A stretch of DNA of 64,000 nt, taken from positions 124,001 through 188,000 of the IMG/VR virus record IMGVR_UViG_3300042566_001780. One strand, 5' to 3'. The notes under the pieces were generated by a model. It was not told the DNA's origin and did not search any database. It was given only the letters and a program-made list of their open reading frames with translations. Shown in pieces: positions 9,355-18,022 of this stretch; position 1 is the first letter of the stretch; each line of letters begins with the position of its first letter. The position numbers were made by a program, and so were the translations under genes.

Positions 9355-9975
9355 ATGACTACCAAAACTTTTTATGTTGCCAATGCCCTGCAAGCTGCAC
9401 TGATGAATCAAGTGTTTATTCACGAATTCACTGACGGCTTCTGGAAAGGTCAGCGCCCTATTGGTCATGGTGATGTGTGGAAAGATGTTGAGATCAAAGT
9501 GACTGAAGATGGCACTCTTGGCCCAGTTGGTTTTACTCCCGCCCGCATGTACAATCTACTCAATCCTGAATTCATTAAGGCATCTACTGATGCGCTGATT
9601 GAAGCAGGCAAACCTATCAAAGAAGACATCACCATTCAGAAAATCAAGTCTGAACTGCCTGAACTGTCTCGCATCATCGGCCAGCGCATGACCAAAGTCG
9701 ATGAAGCTCCCATCAAGCTGTGGCGTGGTCGTGGTGCAAATGCTACTCCTAGTGCAAAGGCTCGCGAAGCTAGTGCCAAGCTGGTGGATGCCGCAAATCA
9801 ACCGGTTGCTAAACCCGAAAAGGGTGCTAAGCGCACTGTGACTAAAGCCGCAAATGGTGTTACCACTACCCGTGTTGAAGTAACGAGTACGCCAACCTCG
9901 GCATTCCCATTCGCAGCTACTGAAGCAACTGAGACTGCTTCTGAAGAAACTACTTCCGAAACTTCTGCTGAGTAA
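9355..9975 (+). CDS. Hypothetical protein with low-complexity Thr/Glu/Ala tail
   Basis: RBS AGGAG; phage-like codon usage. Confidence 0.7.
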   Translation: MTTKTFYVANALQAALMNQVFIHEFTDGFWKGQRPIGHGDVWKDVEIKVTEDGTLGPVGFTPARMYNLLNPEFIKASTDALIEAGKPIKEDITIQKIKSELPELSRIIGQRMTKVDEAPIKLWRGRGANATPSAKAREASAKLVDAANQPVAKPEKGAKRTVTKAANGVTTTRVEVTSTPTSAFPFAATEATETASEETTSETSAE

Positions 9976-9981
9976 TCGGAT

Positions 9982-10007
9982 CTGGGAGGTTGAAAAATAC
10001 CTCCCAG
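9982..10007 (+). terminator. Hairpin/terminator
   Basis: CTGGGAGGT-N8-ACCTCCCAG. Confidence 0.6.
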
Positions 10008-10079
10008 CTTTGATAAATAAATCATCAAACTTCAGATGATAGACGTCTGAAGACAAATTAACCAAACGGAGAGTTCCGA

Positions 10080-11204
10080 ATGGCAAATGAAAAAGTCAAA
10101 AAAGTCAGTGTTGTTATTGGCCGCTTTTCTCCATTCCACAATGGACACAAGTACATTCTGGAAACTGTTGCCAAGCAATCTCATAAAGTCATTGTTCTGA
10201 TTGGGTCTTCTTTCCAATCGCGTTCATTGAAAAACCCGTTCACTTTTGCTGAACGTCAATCTGTTATCGAAGCTTGGGCCAAAGATAACGAGATTGAAAA
10301 CACCTACATTTATCCGATTCGCGACTATCCCTACAATGATGCGCAATGGATCAAATCTATCCAAGAAGCAGTGTCTTATGCTACGTTGCTCGACAATCGC
10401 CCTCTCGAAATCCATTTGACTGGGTGCGATAAAGATTCCTCTACTTGGTATCTCCATGCTTTCCCACAGTGGAAGACTCATTTCCTGTCGGAATACACTG
10501 GCCAGGATTTGAAGACTAACGCTACACTGGTTCGAGAAATTCTTTTTTCTGGCGATCCAATGTCTCATATTGCGCCTATGGTGCCAACTCAAACTCTTGA
10601 CTTTATTTCCAAGTTCAAACGAACTGCTGAATTTGAAAATCTGAAGCAGGAATATGAAATCAACCGCAAATATAAGGCGGCGTGGTCGGTAGCTCCTTAT
10701 GCTCCGACCTTTAACACTGCTGATGCAGTAGTGATTCAATCTGGGCATGTTCTTGTCGTAGAGCGTGGAGCAATGCCGGGTAAAGGTCTTTGGGCATTTC
10801 CTGGTGGATTCATAAATCAAAATGAGCGTATTCAGGATGCTGCAATTCGCGAGTTGATTGAAGAAACTGGTATTTGCTTGGCTGAAGGAAAAAGGAAGCA
10901 TGAACTAACGAAAAACATCCTTCAAGGCTCAATCCGAGCAAAAGAGATTTTTGATCATCCTACTCGATCTGAACGTGGCCGCACGATTACTGTGGCATAT
11001 TTGTTCAGGCTCGACGATACAAAGCCGCTTCCTCAAGTATCTGGTCAATACATTCCAGAATATGAAAGTCGTGGCCAACAGATTGTAGAAACTGCCAATG
11101 CATTTTGGCTGCCTATCAATGATGCTCTGCAACAAACTGAAAAATGGTTTGAAGATCACTGGAGTATTTTGGCATGGGCCACTGCAATTAAAGATTCTCG
11201 TTAA
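10080..11204 (+). CDS. nadM: Bifunctional NMN adenylyltransferase / ADP-ribose pyrophosphatase (NadM-Nudix)
   Basis: IGRFSPFHNGH (HxGH) nucleotidyltransferase motif, KNPFTFAER, Nudix box GGFINQNERIQDAAIRELIEETG, WFEDH terminus. Confidence 0.95.
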   Translation: MANEKVKKVSVVIGRFSPFHNGHKYILETVAKQSHKVIVLIGSSFQSRSLKNPFTFAERQSVIEAWAKDNEIENTYIYPIRDYPYNDAQWIKSIQEAVSYATLLDNRPLEIHLTGCDKDSSTWYLHAFPQWKTHFLSEYTGQDLKTNATLVREILFSGDPMSHIAPMVPTQTLDFISKFKRTAEFENLKQEYEINRKYKAAWSVAPYAPTFNTADAVVIQSGHVLVVERGAMPGKGLWAFPGGFINQNERIQDAAIRELIEETGICLAEGKRKHELTKNILQGSIRAKEIFDHPTRSERGRTITVAYLFRLDDTKPLPQVSGQYIPEYESRGQQIVETANAFWLPINDALQQTEKWFEDHWSILAWATAIKDSR

Positions 11205-11247
11205 CCAGTTTTTGTGTTAGAATTCAATTTTCTTTAAGGAGTTTATC

Positions 11248-11925
11248 ATGAGTATGAATATGAATTTCCCTGGTGCATCCAAGTTCATGGATCGCATGTT
11301 CCGTAAAGCTGACAACGTTGTATGGGATCTAACAAATGGATCCATCGGCGTCGTAACGTCTGAAGGCATTGCCACCCTTGAAGGTGAAGGCGATGATGCT
11401 CGCATCAACATTAACATGTTTGATGATTTTGGCATGGCACTTCCCGCCTTTGCCCAAAGCACCCCGAAAGATGGTGTGAAAGTCGGTGACATTATCTATC
11501 GTGGTTCCAGCAACAACATTGCTTGGGTCATCTCCAAGAACGAAGACAAGGGCACCTTCAAGCTGATGAAGCCCAATGGCGAAACTACCTCTTGGAATCC
11601 TCCCAAGGTCTCCATGCTTGGTTTTGAAAGTGGCGTGATGGTTCTTCGTTCGCTGGTTAGCATGTTGCCCAATGGTGATAAAGGCGTCAATCAAATGCAA
11701 ACTATGCTGATGCCGATGATGCTGATGGGCGGTCTTGAAGGCGAAGGTCTTGAGAAGATGATGCCGTTCCTTCTGATGAGCCAAATGAATGGTGGTGGCG
11801 ATTCTTCTGCTATGGGCGGTATGATGCAGGCCATGATGATGGCTCAAATGTTTAAGGGTGACGGAAAGCCTTCGCTGCCCAGCTTTGGTGGAAAGAAAAA
11901 CAATGGCCCTTTCTCGGGGAGCTAA
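11248..11925 (+). CDS. Hypothetical protein with Met/Gly-rich C-terminus
   Basis: RBS AAGGAG; 225-aa ORF. Confidence 0.75.
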   Translation: MSMNMNFPGASKFMDRMFRKADNVVWDLTNGSIGVVTSEGIATLEGEGDDARININMFDDFGMALPAFAQSTPKDGVKVGDIIYRGSSNNIAWVISKNEDKGTFKLMKPNGETTSWNPPKVSMLGFESGVMVLRSLVSMLPNGDKGVNQMQTMLMPMMLMGGLEGEGLEKMMPFLLMSQMNGGGDSSAMGGMMQAMMMAQMFKGDGKPSLPSFGGKKNNGPFSGS

Positions 11926-11993
11926 CTAGCAAAGAAGAGGTTGAGCGACTGTACTATGAAAATGCTCAACCTCTTCCCGAAAAGCTAGTTAGC
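11921..11993 (+). promoter_or_regulatory. Extended two-stem RNA hairpin
   Basis: Outer stem GCTAACTAGC/GCTAGTTAGC (10 bp) and inner stem AAGAGGTTGAGC/GCTCAACCTCTT (12 bp). Confidence 0.7.
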
Positions 11994-12017
11994 AGCAATT
12001 TTGCTACGATTGTTGGG

Positions 12018-12359
12018 ATGAGACATTATGATGATGCTTTCACTAGAATCATTGAAATGTCAAAGCTGCCAAAAGAACGGCAACGGTTTTTCTTAGTAAG
12101 GGAACCCACTAATCCTTTTGACAAAAACGCAATTATGTTGCATGATGGAGTCAGAAAACTAGGTCATGTTTCTGCAGTTGAAGCCGTAAGGGTTAACAAA
12201 ATTATTCAGAAATTGGTGGCGGATACAAACAATGAGCAAGTTCTCATTGCTACTATCAAGCCGAAGACTGAAGAGTTTAGATGGGTTAGTTCGTTTTCAG
12301 TTGAAATCATCGGGCATGTTTATGAACGATATGCTCGCAAATTTGGTCAAATTTTTTAA
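12018..12359 (+). CDS. HIRAN-domain protein (true start probably upstream)
   Basis: FLVREPTNPFDKNAIML...KLGHV is typical of HIRAN; in-frame FATIVG precedes the ATG. Confidence 0.8.
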   Translation: MRHYDDAFTRIIEMSKLPKERQRFFLVREPTNPFDKNAIMLHDGVRKLGHVSAVEAVRVNKIIQKLVADTNNEQVLIATIKPKTEEFRWVSSFSVEIIGHVYERYARKFGQIF

Positions 12360-13010
12360 TCACTGTACAGGTTGATATGAATATCCATTAAGACCTTCTT
12401 TACATTGTTTACTAATTTTCCTTCTTGGTTCTCCAGTAACTCGTTCAGCCTCTCTTGCAGATCCAAATTTTCCATTAGGAGTTATATACCAACCCTTAAA
12501 AGCATGATGCATGTGACCACGCTGATTTAAACTAATTTGCAATGCCGTTTCGGGCTTATGTTTTTTACCATAAAATGGATTTTTTTCACCAGTGATAGCT
12601 AAGGCTATTTTGTCTTTTGATTGTTGTTTATGTTTTTTACCAAGCATAGTACCCGGTTTTCCAAAAGCTGGATTTTTGAATCCACTATTATCAACTGGGT
12701 ATAATCCATCATTATTATGCTTATTAAGAAAGCGAGGATTATCTCTAGCATTTATTCGTTGTAAAAAACGCGTTTCAAACTGTTTTGCTTTTTCTACGCT
12801 ATTGAAAACTTTTCTTATTTCAAAAATAGCATTGACGTCTTGCTTCAATAAGCGTTGAACTGTTTTTGAGCTTGAAAAATATGTATTTCCTAGATCTTTA
12901 GGCTTGCAACCTTTAGCATACTTTACACCATAGTAAATTTGGTTAAACATTGGAAACCGTATCACATATGTAAAGGGCGTTCTATCGCCAGCAGTATGTT
13001 GATAATTCAT
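12360..13010 (-). CDS. Free-standing homing endonuclease (GIY-YIG-like) with NUMOD3 DNA-binding motifs
   Basis: FTYVIRF...IYYGVKY...YFSSSK; KKHKQQSKDKI and KKHKPETALQI NUMOD3-like repeats; antisense insertion with AT-rich codons. Confidence 0.75.
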   Translation of the reverse strand: MNYQHTAGDRTPFTYVIRFPMFNQIYYGVKYAKGCKPKDLGNTYFSSSKTVQRLLKQDVNAIFEIRKVFNSVEKAKQFETRFLQRINARDNPRFLNKHNNDGLYPVDNSGFKNPAFGKPGTMLGKKHKQQSKDKIALAITGEKNPFYGKKHKPETALQISLNQRGHMHHAFKGWYITPNGKFGSAREAERVTGEPRRKISKQCKEGLNGYSYQPVQ

Positions 13011-13058
13011 AATCGCAGTTATTCATTTTCGTGCTTTATTTAATGTTAAGGAGATTTT

Positions 13059-13958
13059 ATGGGACAAGGTCGCTGGACATCTGATAGTTTTACAACTTAC
13101 GCATCCACCACCAATTATCGTGCAATGAGCCGTGATGCTGTTTTCAGCAAATCTGTTCAGGCTGAACTGAAGACTGAATCTATCAAGGTTCGTGAATCTC
13201 GTGACTCTGCTGATAGCCCCAATTCGACTCCAATTATCCTCGGTCTGGATGTGACAGGCTCGATGGGTGAATATGCTGAGCGCATTGCCAAGGATGAACT
13301 GCCGAAGCTGATGAATGCAATTTTGGAACAGTCTCCTGTTGCTGATCCGCATCTGATGTTTATGGCTATTGACGATGTGCATGCATACAGTCAAGTGCCG
13401 CTGCAGGTGTCTCAATTTGAAGCCGACATTCGAATTCTGGAACAGCTTCGCAAGATTGTTCTGGTTGGCGGTGGCGGTGGCAACAAGTCTGAGTCTTACG
13501 ACTTGGCATGGTACTGTGCTGGTATGAAGACTTCGATCGACTCTTTCGAGAAGCGTGGTGAAAAAGGTTTCTTGTTTACCTTTGGTGATGAAGAAGCCCC
13601 TTACGAAACTTTGTCGATCAACGAGCAGACTCAAGTGTTTGGCGCTGGACAATATATTCCTATGCAGCCTCGAGAAATCCTGGATGCTGCAAAAAAGATG
13701 TATAATGTCTTTCACATCGTTATTGAACAAGGAAGTTATGCTCGAAGCCGATTCGATTCGGTGAAGAAAACATGGACTGATTTGCTTGGTAATAATGTTC
13801 TGTTCCTGAAAGATTTTCGAAATCTGTCGGAACTGGTAACAAGTACTATTCGAATTGCAAAAGGCGAAGACATGAGTCAAGTCATTCACAATTCGTCTAT
13901 TCCTCAAGAATTGAAGTACGCTTACCAAAATGCGTACGCATCGATGGAAACTGCGTGA
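13059..13958 (+). CDS. von Willebrand factor A (vWA) domain protein
   Basis: IILGLDVTGSMG (MIDAS-like), GGGGGNKSESY, LFTFGDE. Confidence 0.8.
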   Translation: MGQGRWTSDSFTTYASTTNYRAMSRDAVFSKSVQAELKTESIKVRESRDSADSPNSTPIILGLDVTGSMGEYAERIAKDELPKLMNAILEQSPVADPHLMFMAIDDVHAYSQVPLQVSQFEADIRILEQLRKIVLVGGGGGNKSESYDLAWYCAGMKTSIDSFEKRGEKGFLFTFGDEEAPYETLSINEQTQVFGAGQYIPMQPREILDAAKKMYNVFHIVIEQGSYARSRFDSVKKTWTDLLGNNVLFLKDFRNLSELVTSTIRIAKGEDMSQVIHNSSIPQELKYAYQNAYASMETA

Positions 13959-13959
13959 A

Positions 13960-15255
13960 ATGAACCACATAGTTGTTGGCTCTGGCTACGGTGATGAAGG
14001 CAAAGGATTGATGACCGATTATTTGGTCCGTCAATCCAATGCTAAAAACGTCGTTCGGTTTAATGGTGGTGCTCAAGCGGGCCATACTGTCCAAACTGAT
14101 CATCGCCGTTATGTATTTGGACACTTGTCTGCAGGTACGTTTGCCGGAGCCAACACTATTCTGACTCGAGATTTCCTAATCAATCCTCGTGCATTGGTCA
14201 AGGAAATCCAGGATATGGAGGGCATTGGCCCCTCTTGTTATCCTGAAATCAAAGCGCATCGTAGTTGCCGAGTTACAACCATTTTCGATATTGCTATCAA
14301 TGCAGTGTTGGAAATTTCTCGTGGATCTAGTGCTCACGGCTCTTGCGGGATGGGTATCAATGAGACTGTAGTTCGAAATGATAACCCGCTGCTTTTTGGA
14401 ACTCGTTTGTATGATGTCAAGCAAATGAGTGTCAAACAACTTGCAGAAAAACTGAAAACCATTCATGATAAATGGGTACCAATTCGCCTGAAAGAGCATG
14501 GCATTACGATTGGTTCACTCGAGAGCATGAATGACAATTTTGCAAATATTCTTTGCAAAGAAATCAACTACATCCAAGAAGCACGGTTGATGCTTGATGC
14601 ATTGTCTGAAATTTCATATGATGATCAATCTGCGCTGATCGGTAATACGGTTTTTGAGGGTGCTCAGGGTCTTGGGCTTGACGAAGAATTTGGACATTTT
14701 CCACATGTGACCCGGTCAAAAACTGGATCTGTGTGGGCATTCGATTATTTGGATGATTATTTCTTTGGTCAATATGTAGGCAGCTTGGTTTACGGACGAT
14801 CTGGCACGTATTGGCTTGAAAATGTAGAAGTAGTATATGTCACCAGGGCGTATGCTACTCGTCACGGTAATGGACCGCTGTCTGAAGCTGGTGGAAATAT
14901 TGGTGATGGGTCAAATGTTTATGATTTGACTAACAAACCAAATCCATTTCAAGGATCACTTCGATTTGCTCCATTGAATTTGCAATTACTTCGAGATAAC
15001 ATTCAAAAAGATATTGCTCGAACTGATAGAAGTTTGCGGAAAAATGGAAACGCTCCACAACACACATACCAGAAAGTGATTGCACTCACCTGTATGGATC
15101 AACTTGGCAATTATGTCAATGTGATTGATGTTAACGGTGTTATTCGCCCAGTCCTCTCGTCTGATCTTCCACAAATGATTGAGGAACAGGTTGGACTTAG
15201 AGTAAAATACATTAGTCATGGGCCAAAAGCCTCTGACATCAAAAAAGTTTTCTAA
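13960..15255 (+). CDS. Divergent adenylosuccinate synthetase (PurA)-like protein
   Basis: Start moved to ATG 13960. GYGDEGKG, RFNGGAQAGHT, FEGAQG, TRAYATRHGNGP, ISHGP; the aspartate-binding loop is divergent. Confidence 0.85.
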   Translation: MNHIVVGSGYGDEGKGLMTDYLVRQSNAKNVVRFNGGAQAGHTVQTDHRRYVFGHLSAGTFAGANTILTRDFLINPRALVKEIQDMEGIGPSCYPEIKAHRSCRVTTIFDIAINAVLEISRGSSAHGSCGMGINETVVRNDNPLLFGTRLYDVKQMSVKQLAEKLKTIHDKWVPIRLKEHGITIGSLESMNDNFANILCKEINYIQEARLMLDALSEISYDDQSALIGNTVFEGAQGLGLDEEFGHFPHVTRSKTGSVWAFDYLDDYFFGQYVGSLVYGRSGTYWLENVEVVYVTRAYATRHGNGPLSEAGGNIGDGSNVYDLTNKPNPFQGSLRFAPLNLQLLRDNIQKDIARTDRSLRKNGNAPQHTYQKVIALTCMDQLGNYVNVIDVNGVIRPVLSSDLPQMIEEQVGLRVKYISHGPKASDIKKVF

Positions 15256-15345
15256 CAGGCTTAGGGACTCTTGCCTTTTCAAAAAGAGTCTCACCCGCAA
15301 AGATCGATAGACGATCTCTTGCAATCATGATCAAGGAGCTTAATC

Positions 15346-16737
15346 ATGGAACAACTTAGCTACAACCCTATCCTCGACGTCGATTCGTACAAAGCTGCAC
15401 ACCAGTTTTCGTACCCAAAGAACGTCACCGGCATGTTCTCTTATATTGAGGCACGCACCAAGAATGATGTGATGATTCCGTTTGGACTGTCGATGTTCTT
15501 GCAAAAGTACATGTCAATCCAAATAACGAAGGCTTATATCGATGAAGCTGAAGAATTCTTCAAGCTGCACGGTGAACCATTTTCTCGTGAACCCTGGGAG
15601 CACATTGTCAACGAATATGACGGCTTTATGCCTCTCACTATTCGTGCAGTACCTGAAGGAACTCCGGTGAAAAGCTCTAATGCAATTGTCACTGTTCAAT
15701 GTGATGATCCTGCAGTGCACTGGCTGTCTTCTTACGTCGAAACCAAAATCCAACGCGCAATTTGGTATCCTACTACGATTGCTTCAATGGACTATGCAAT
15801 CAAGCGGGTCTTTAAGGAATTCTATGAAGCTACTGGGGCAGATATGAATTTGCTCCCGTTTGCCCTCCATGATTTTGGTGCGCGTGGTGTCGCAAGCTAC
15901 GAGCAATCTGAAATTGGCGGTGCAGCACACATGGTCAACTTCATGGGTTCTGACACCGTGGCAGGTATTCGTGCTGCAAACTTCTATTACAGTGAGCAAA
16001 TGGCCGGGTTTTCTGTGCCGGCTACTGAGCACAGTGTGGAATGCTCGTTTGGTGAAGAAAATGAAATCGGTTATCTGGAACACGTCATTGACAATCTGGC
16101 CAAGCCTGGTGGTATTGTGTCTATTGTGATTGACGGCTATGATGTTTATCGTGCTGCGCAAACTCTTTGCACTACGCTGAAAGACAAGATCATTGCAAGC
16201 GGCGTCAAGGTCGTATTCCGCCCTGATAGTGGGGATATGCAAGTGGTGGTGCCTCGTATCCTTGAATTGCAGGCCGCTACTTTTGGTTATGAAGTCAATG
16301 AAAAAGGCTTCAAGAAGATTAAATACGTTGGCATTATCCAAGGTGATGGCGTTGATCACTTGTCCATTCGTTCGCTGCTTGGCAAAATGAAGGTGATGGG
16401 TTTCTCTGCTGATAACGTGGTTTTTGGATCTGGTGGTGCACTGCTCCAAAAGGTCAATCGAGACGTTTTCAAATTCGCCCAAAAAGCTTCTGCTGTTCGG
16501 ATTGATGGGAAGTGGGTCGGTATCAGTAAAAATCCAATCACCGATCCCGGAAAGCGAAGCAAGGAAGGCGTTTTGACTCTTGTTAAGAGTCGACTGACTG
16601 GTGAATACTCTACGGCTCGAATTGATGATAAGCGTCTTGATTCTGAGTTTGAAGACCAAATGGAACTTGTCTACTACAATGGCAAGATCATGAATTCTCC
16701 AACTTTGTCTGAAATTCGAGAACGCTGCAAGCTGTAA
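15346..16737 (+). CDS. nadV: Nicotinamide phosphoribosyltransferase (NAMPT/NadV)
   Basis: ILDVDSYKAAH, LHDFGARG, VPATEHS, VSIVIDGYD, VVFRPDSGD, IIQGDG, FGSGGALLQKVNRD, KRSKEG. Confidence 0.95.
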   Translation: MEQLSYNPILDVDSYKAAHQFSYPKNVTGMFSYIEARTKNDVMIPFGLSMFLQKYMSIQITKAYIDEAEEFFKLHGEPFSREPWEHIVNEYDGFMPLTIRAVPEGTPVKSSNAIVTVQCDDPAVHWLSSYVETKIQRAIWYPTTIASMDYAIKRVFKEFYEATGADMNLLPFALHDFGARGVASYEQSEIGGAAHMVNFMGSDTVAGIRAANFYYSEQMAGFSVPATEHSVECSFGEENEIGYLEHVIDNLAKPGGIVSIVIDGYDVYRAAQTLCTTLKDKIIASGVKVVFRPDSGDMQVVVPRILELQAATFGYEVNEKGFKKIKYVGIIQGDGVDHLSIRSLLGKMKVMGFSADNVVFGSGGALLQKVNRDVFKFAQKASAVRIDGKWVGISKNPITDPGKRSKEGVLTLVKSRLTGEYSTARIDDKRLDSEFEDQMELVYYNGKIMNSPTLSEIRERCKL

Positions 16738-16740
16738 ACG

Positions 16741-16765
16741 TATGGGGACCTAAAAGGTCCCCATA
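16741..16765 (+). terminator. Hairpin/terminator after nadV
   Basis: TATGGGGACC-TAAAA-GGTCCCCATA. Confidence 0.7.
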
Positions 16766-16813
16766 ATAGTTTCTAATGCCTGCAAAATTTGAACACCTCT
16801 GGGATGTCCCGAA

Positions 16814-17425
16814 ATGACCGAAATTAACTTAGATAACTCCCCACTGCAATTCATTGTTACTACTTTAGACGAAGAAGATCGACCCAAAATTGAATCTCAT
16901 TTACTACGTCTTTCTAAAGAAGATCGCTATTTGCGATTTTTTGCTGCACTTGGTGATTCCCAAATCAAACACTACGCTTCAACTATTGACCTGAAAAAGG
17001 GGAAGGCTTTCGGCATCATTACCCTGCCAGATCGCAAGCTGGTTGCATTAGCTCATGTATCTGAGATTGAAAAATCTGATCATAGAGTCATTGCAGAAAT
17101 GGGCGTCTCAGTTGATGCCGATGTTCGAGTTCAAGGCCTTGGAAAAAGACTGATGGATCGCACGGTGACTTACTGCCAAACCCATGGAATCAACACACTG
17201 TTTATGTCATGCTTGCGCGAGAACAAAGTCATGCAAAAGCTGGCAAAAGATTTTGATTTGCGGATTGTGCTTGACGCTGGAGAGGCCATGGCAGAACTTG
17301 ATTTGGATCCACTGGACAAAATGAAAGCCATGCCGAAAGAAATGCTATACCAGCAAATTTCTTTGTTTGACAAAGCATTCAAGCACAACAAAATGTTGAT
17401 CGATGCCGTTTTTAGTGTACAATAA
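16814..17425 (+). CDS. GNAT-family acetyltransferase
   Basis: DRYLRFF, AEMGVSVDADVRVQGLGKRLM (acetyl-CoA binding motif), ENKVMQKLA. Confidence 0.85.
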   Translation: MTEINLDNSPLQFIVTTLDEEDRPKIESHLLRLSKEDRYLRFFAALGDSQIKHYASTIDLKKGKAFGIITLPDRKLVALAHVSEIEKSDHRVIAEMGVSVDADVRVQGLGKRLMDRTVTYCQTHGINTLFMSCLRENKVMQKLAKDFDLRIVLDAGEAMAELDLDPLDKMKAMPKEMLYQQISLFDKAFKHNKMLIDAVFSVQ

Positions 17426-17457
17426 CATTAACAAAACAAATTTTTGAAAGTCCCCAA

Positions 17458-17898
17458 ATGTTCAAATCTGCTATCTTGGCTTCTGCAATTCTTGCACTTT
17501 CTGCAAGTAGCATGGCTTCCAGCGACTCTGGAGATTGGGAACTCTTGGCAAAAGGCACAGATCGCACTTACACCGTTTTGACTGAAAGCATTCAAATTGA
17601 CATCACTAACCAAAGTGCTCAATTTGCAATGAAGGTTGAATATACACCGCCGGTCAAGTTGAGTAAGAAGCCAGGTGATGTACTTGTTACCTCTGTTGAG
17701 ACTACATTGGTGTTGTGTGATGCTGATAAAGTCATTTCAATGACTCGACTGGGCATGAATCAGAAGGGTGAATACGTGGTTGATGATAATTATGCCATGG
17801 TTTATTCCAAGACGAAAGCGCCAAACATGGTCATTACACACATTTACAATTTTGCATGTGAAAAAGTTTCGAAGCATGTGAAAAAGAAGACGATTTAG
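17458..17898 (+). CDS. Secreted/periplasmic hypothetical protein
   Basis: Signal peptide MFKSAILASAILALSASSMA; two Cys; ends TAG TGA. Confidence 0.7.
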   Translation: MFKSAILASAILALSASSMASSDSGDWELLAKGTDRTYTVLTESIQIDITNQSAQFAMKVEYTPPVKLSKKPGDVLVTSVETTLVLCDADKVISMTRLGMNQKGEYVVDDNYAMVYSKTKAPNMVITHIYNFACEKVSKHVKKKTI

Positions 17899-17915
17899 TG
17901 ATAGAATTCATTTAA

Positions 17916-17992
17916 CGCCACTTAGCTCAGTTGGTCAGAGCAAGAGCTTCTAACACTCCAGGTCGCGGGTTCGAGCCCCGCAGTGGCGACCA
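17916..17992 (+). tRNA. tRNA with CUA anticodon (putative amber suppressor); anticodon stem has two mismatches
   Basis: Acceptor CGCCACT/AGTGGCG, A73, encoded CCA; D arm GCTC/GAGC; loop TT-CTA-AC at 17948-17954 in standard register; variable AGGTC; T arm GCGGG-TTCGAGC-CCCGC. Confidence 0.75.
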
Positions 17993-18022
17993 GTTTTTCT
18001 CCTCGTTTAAGGATTTTTAAAA

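Noticed and set aside
13960-15255. PurZ / Z-genome (2-aminoadenine) pathway
   Set aside because: The P-loop has GDEGKG (Asp) rather than the PurZ-type GSTGKG, and no DatZ/MazZ-type linkage is evident next to it.
17916-17992. Reading the tRNA as Arg(UCU) or as tRNA-Pyl
   Set aside because: UCU needs a one-base register shift with no better stem pairing, and A20 is absent. tRNA-Pyl has a 6-bp anticodon stem with short D and variable loops, and no pylS is present. Arg cannot be fully excluded without covariance scoring.
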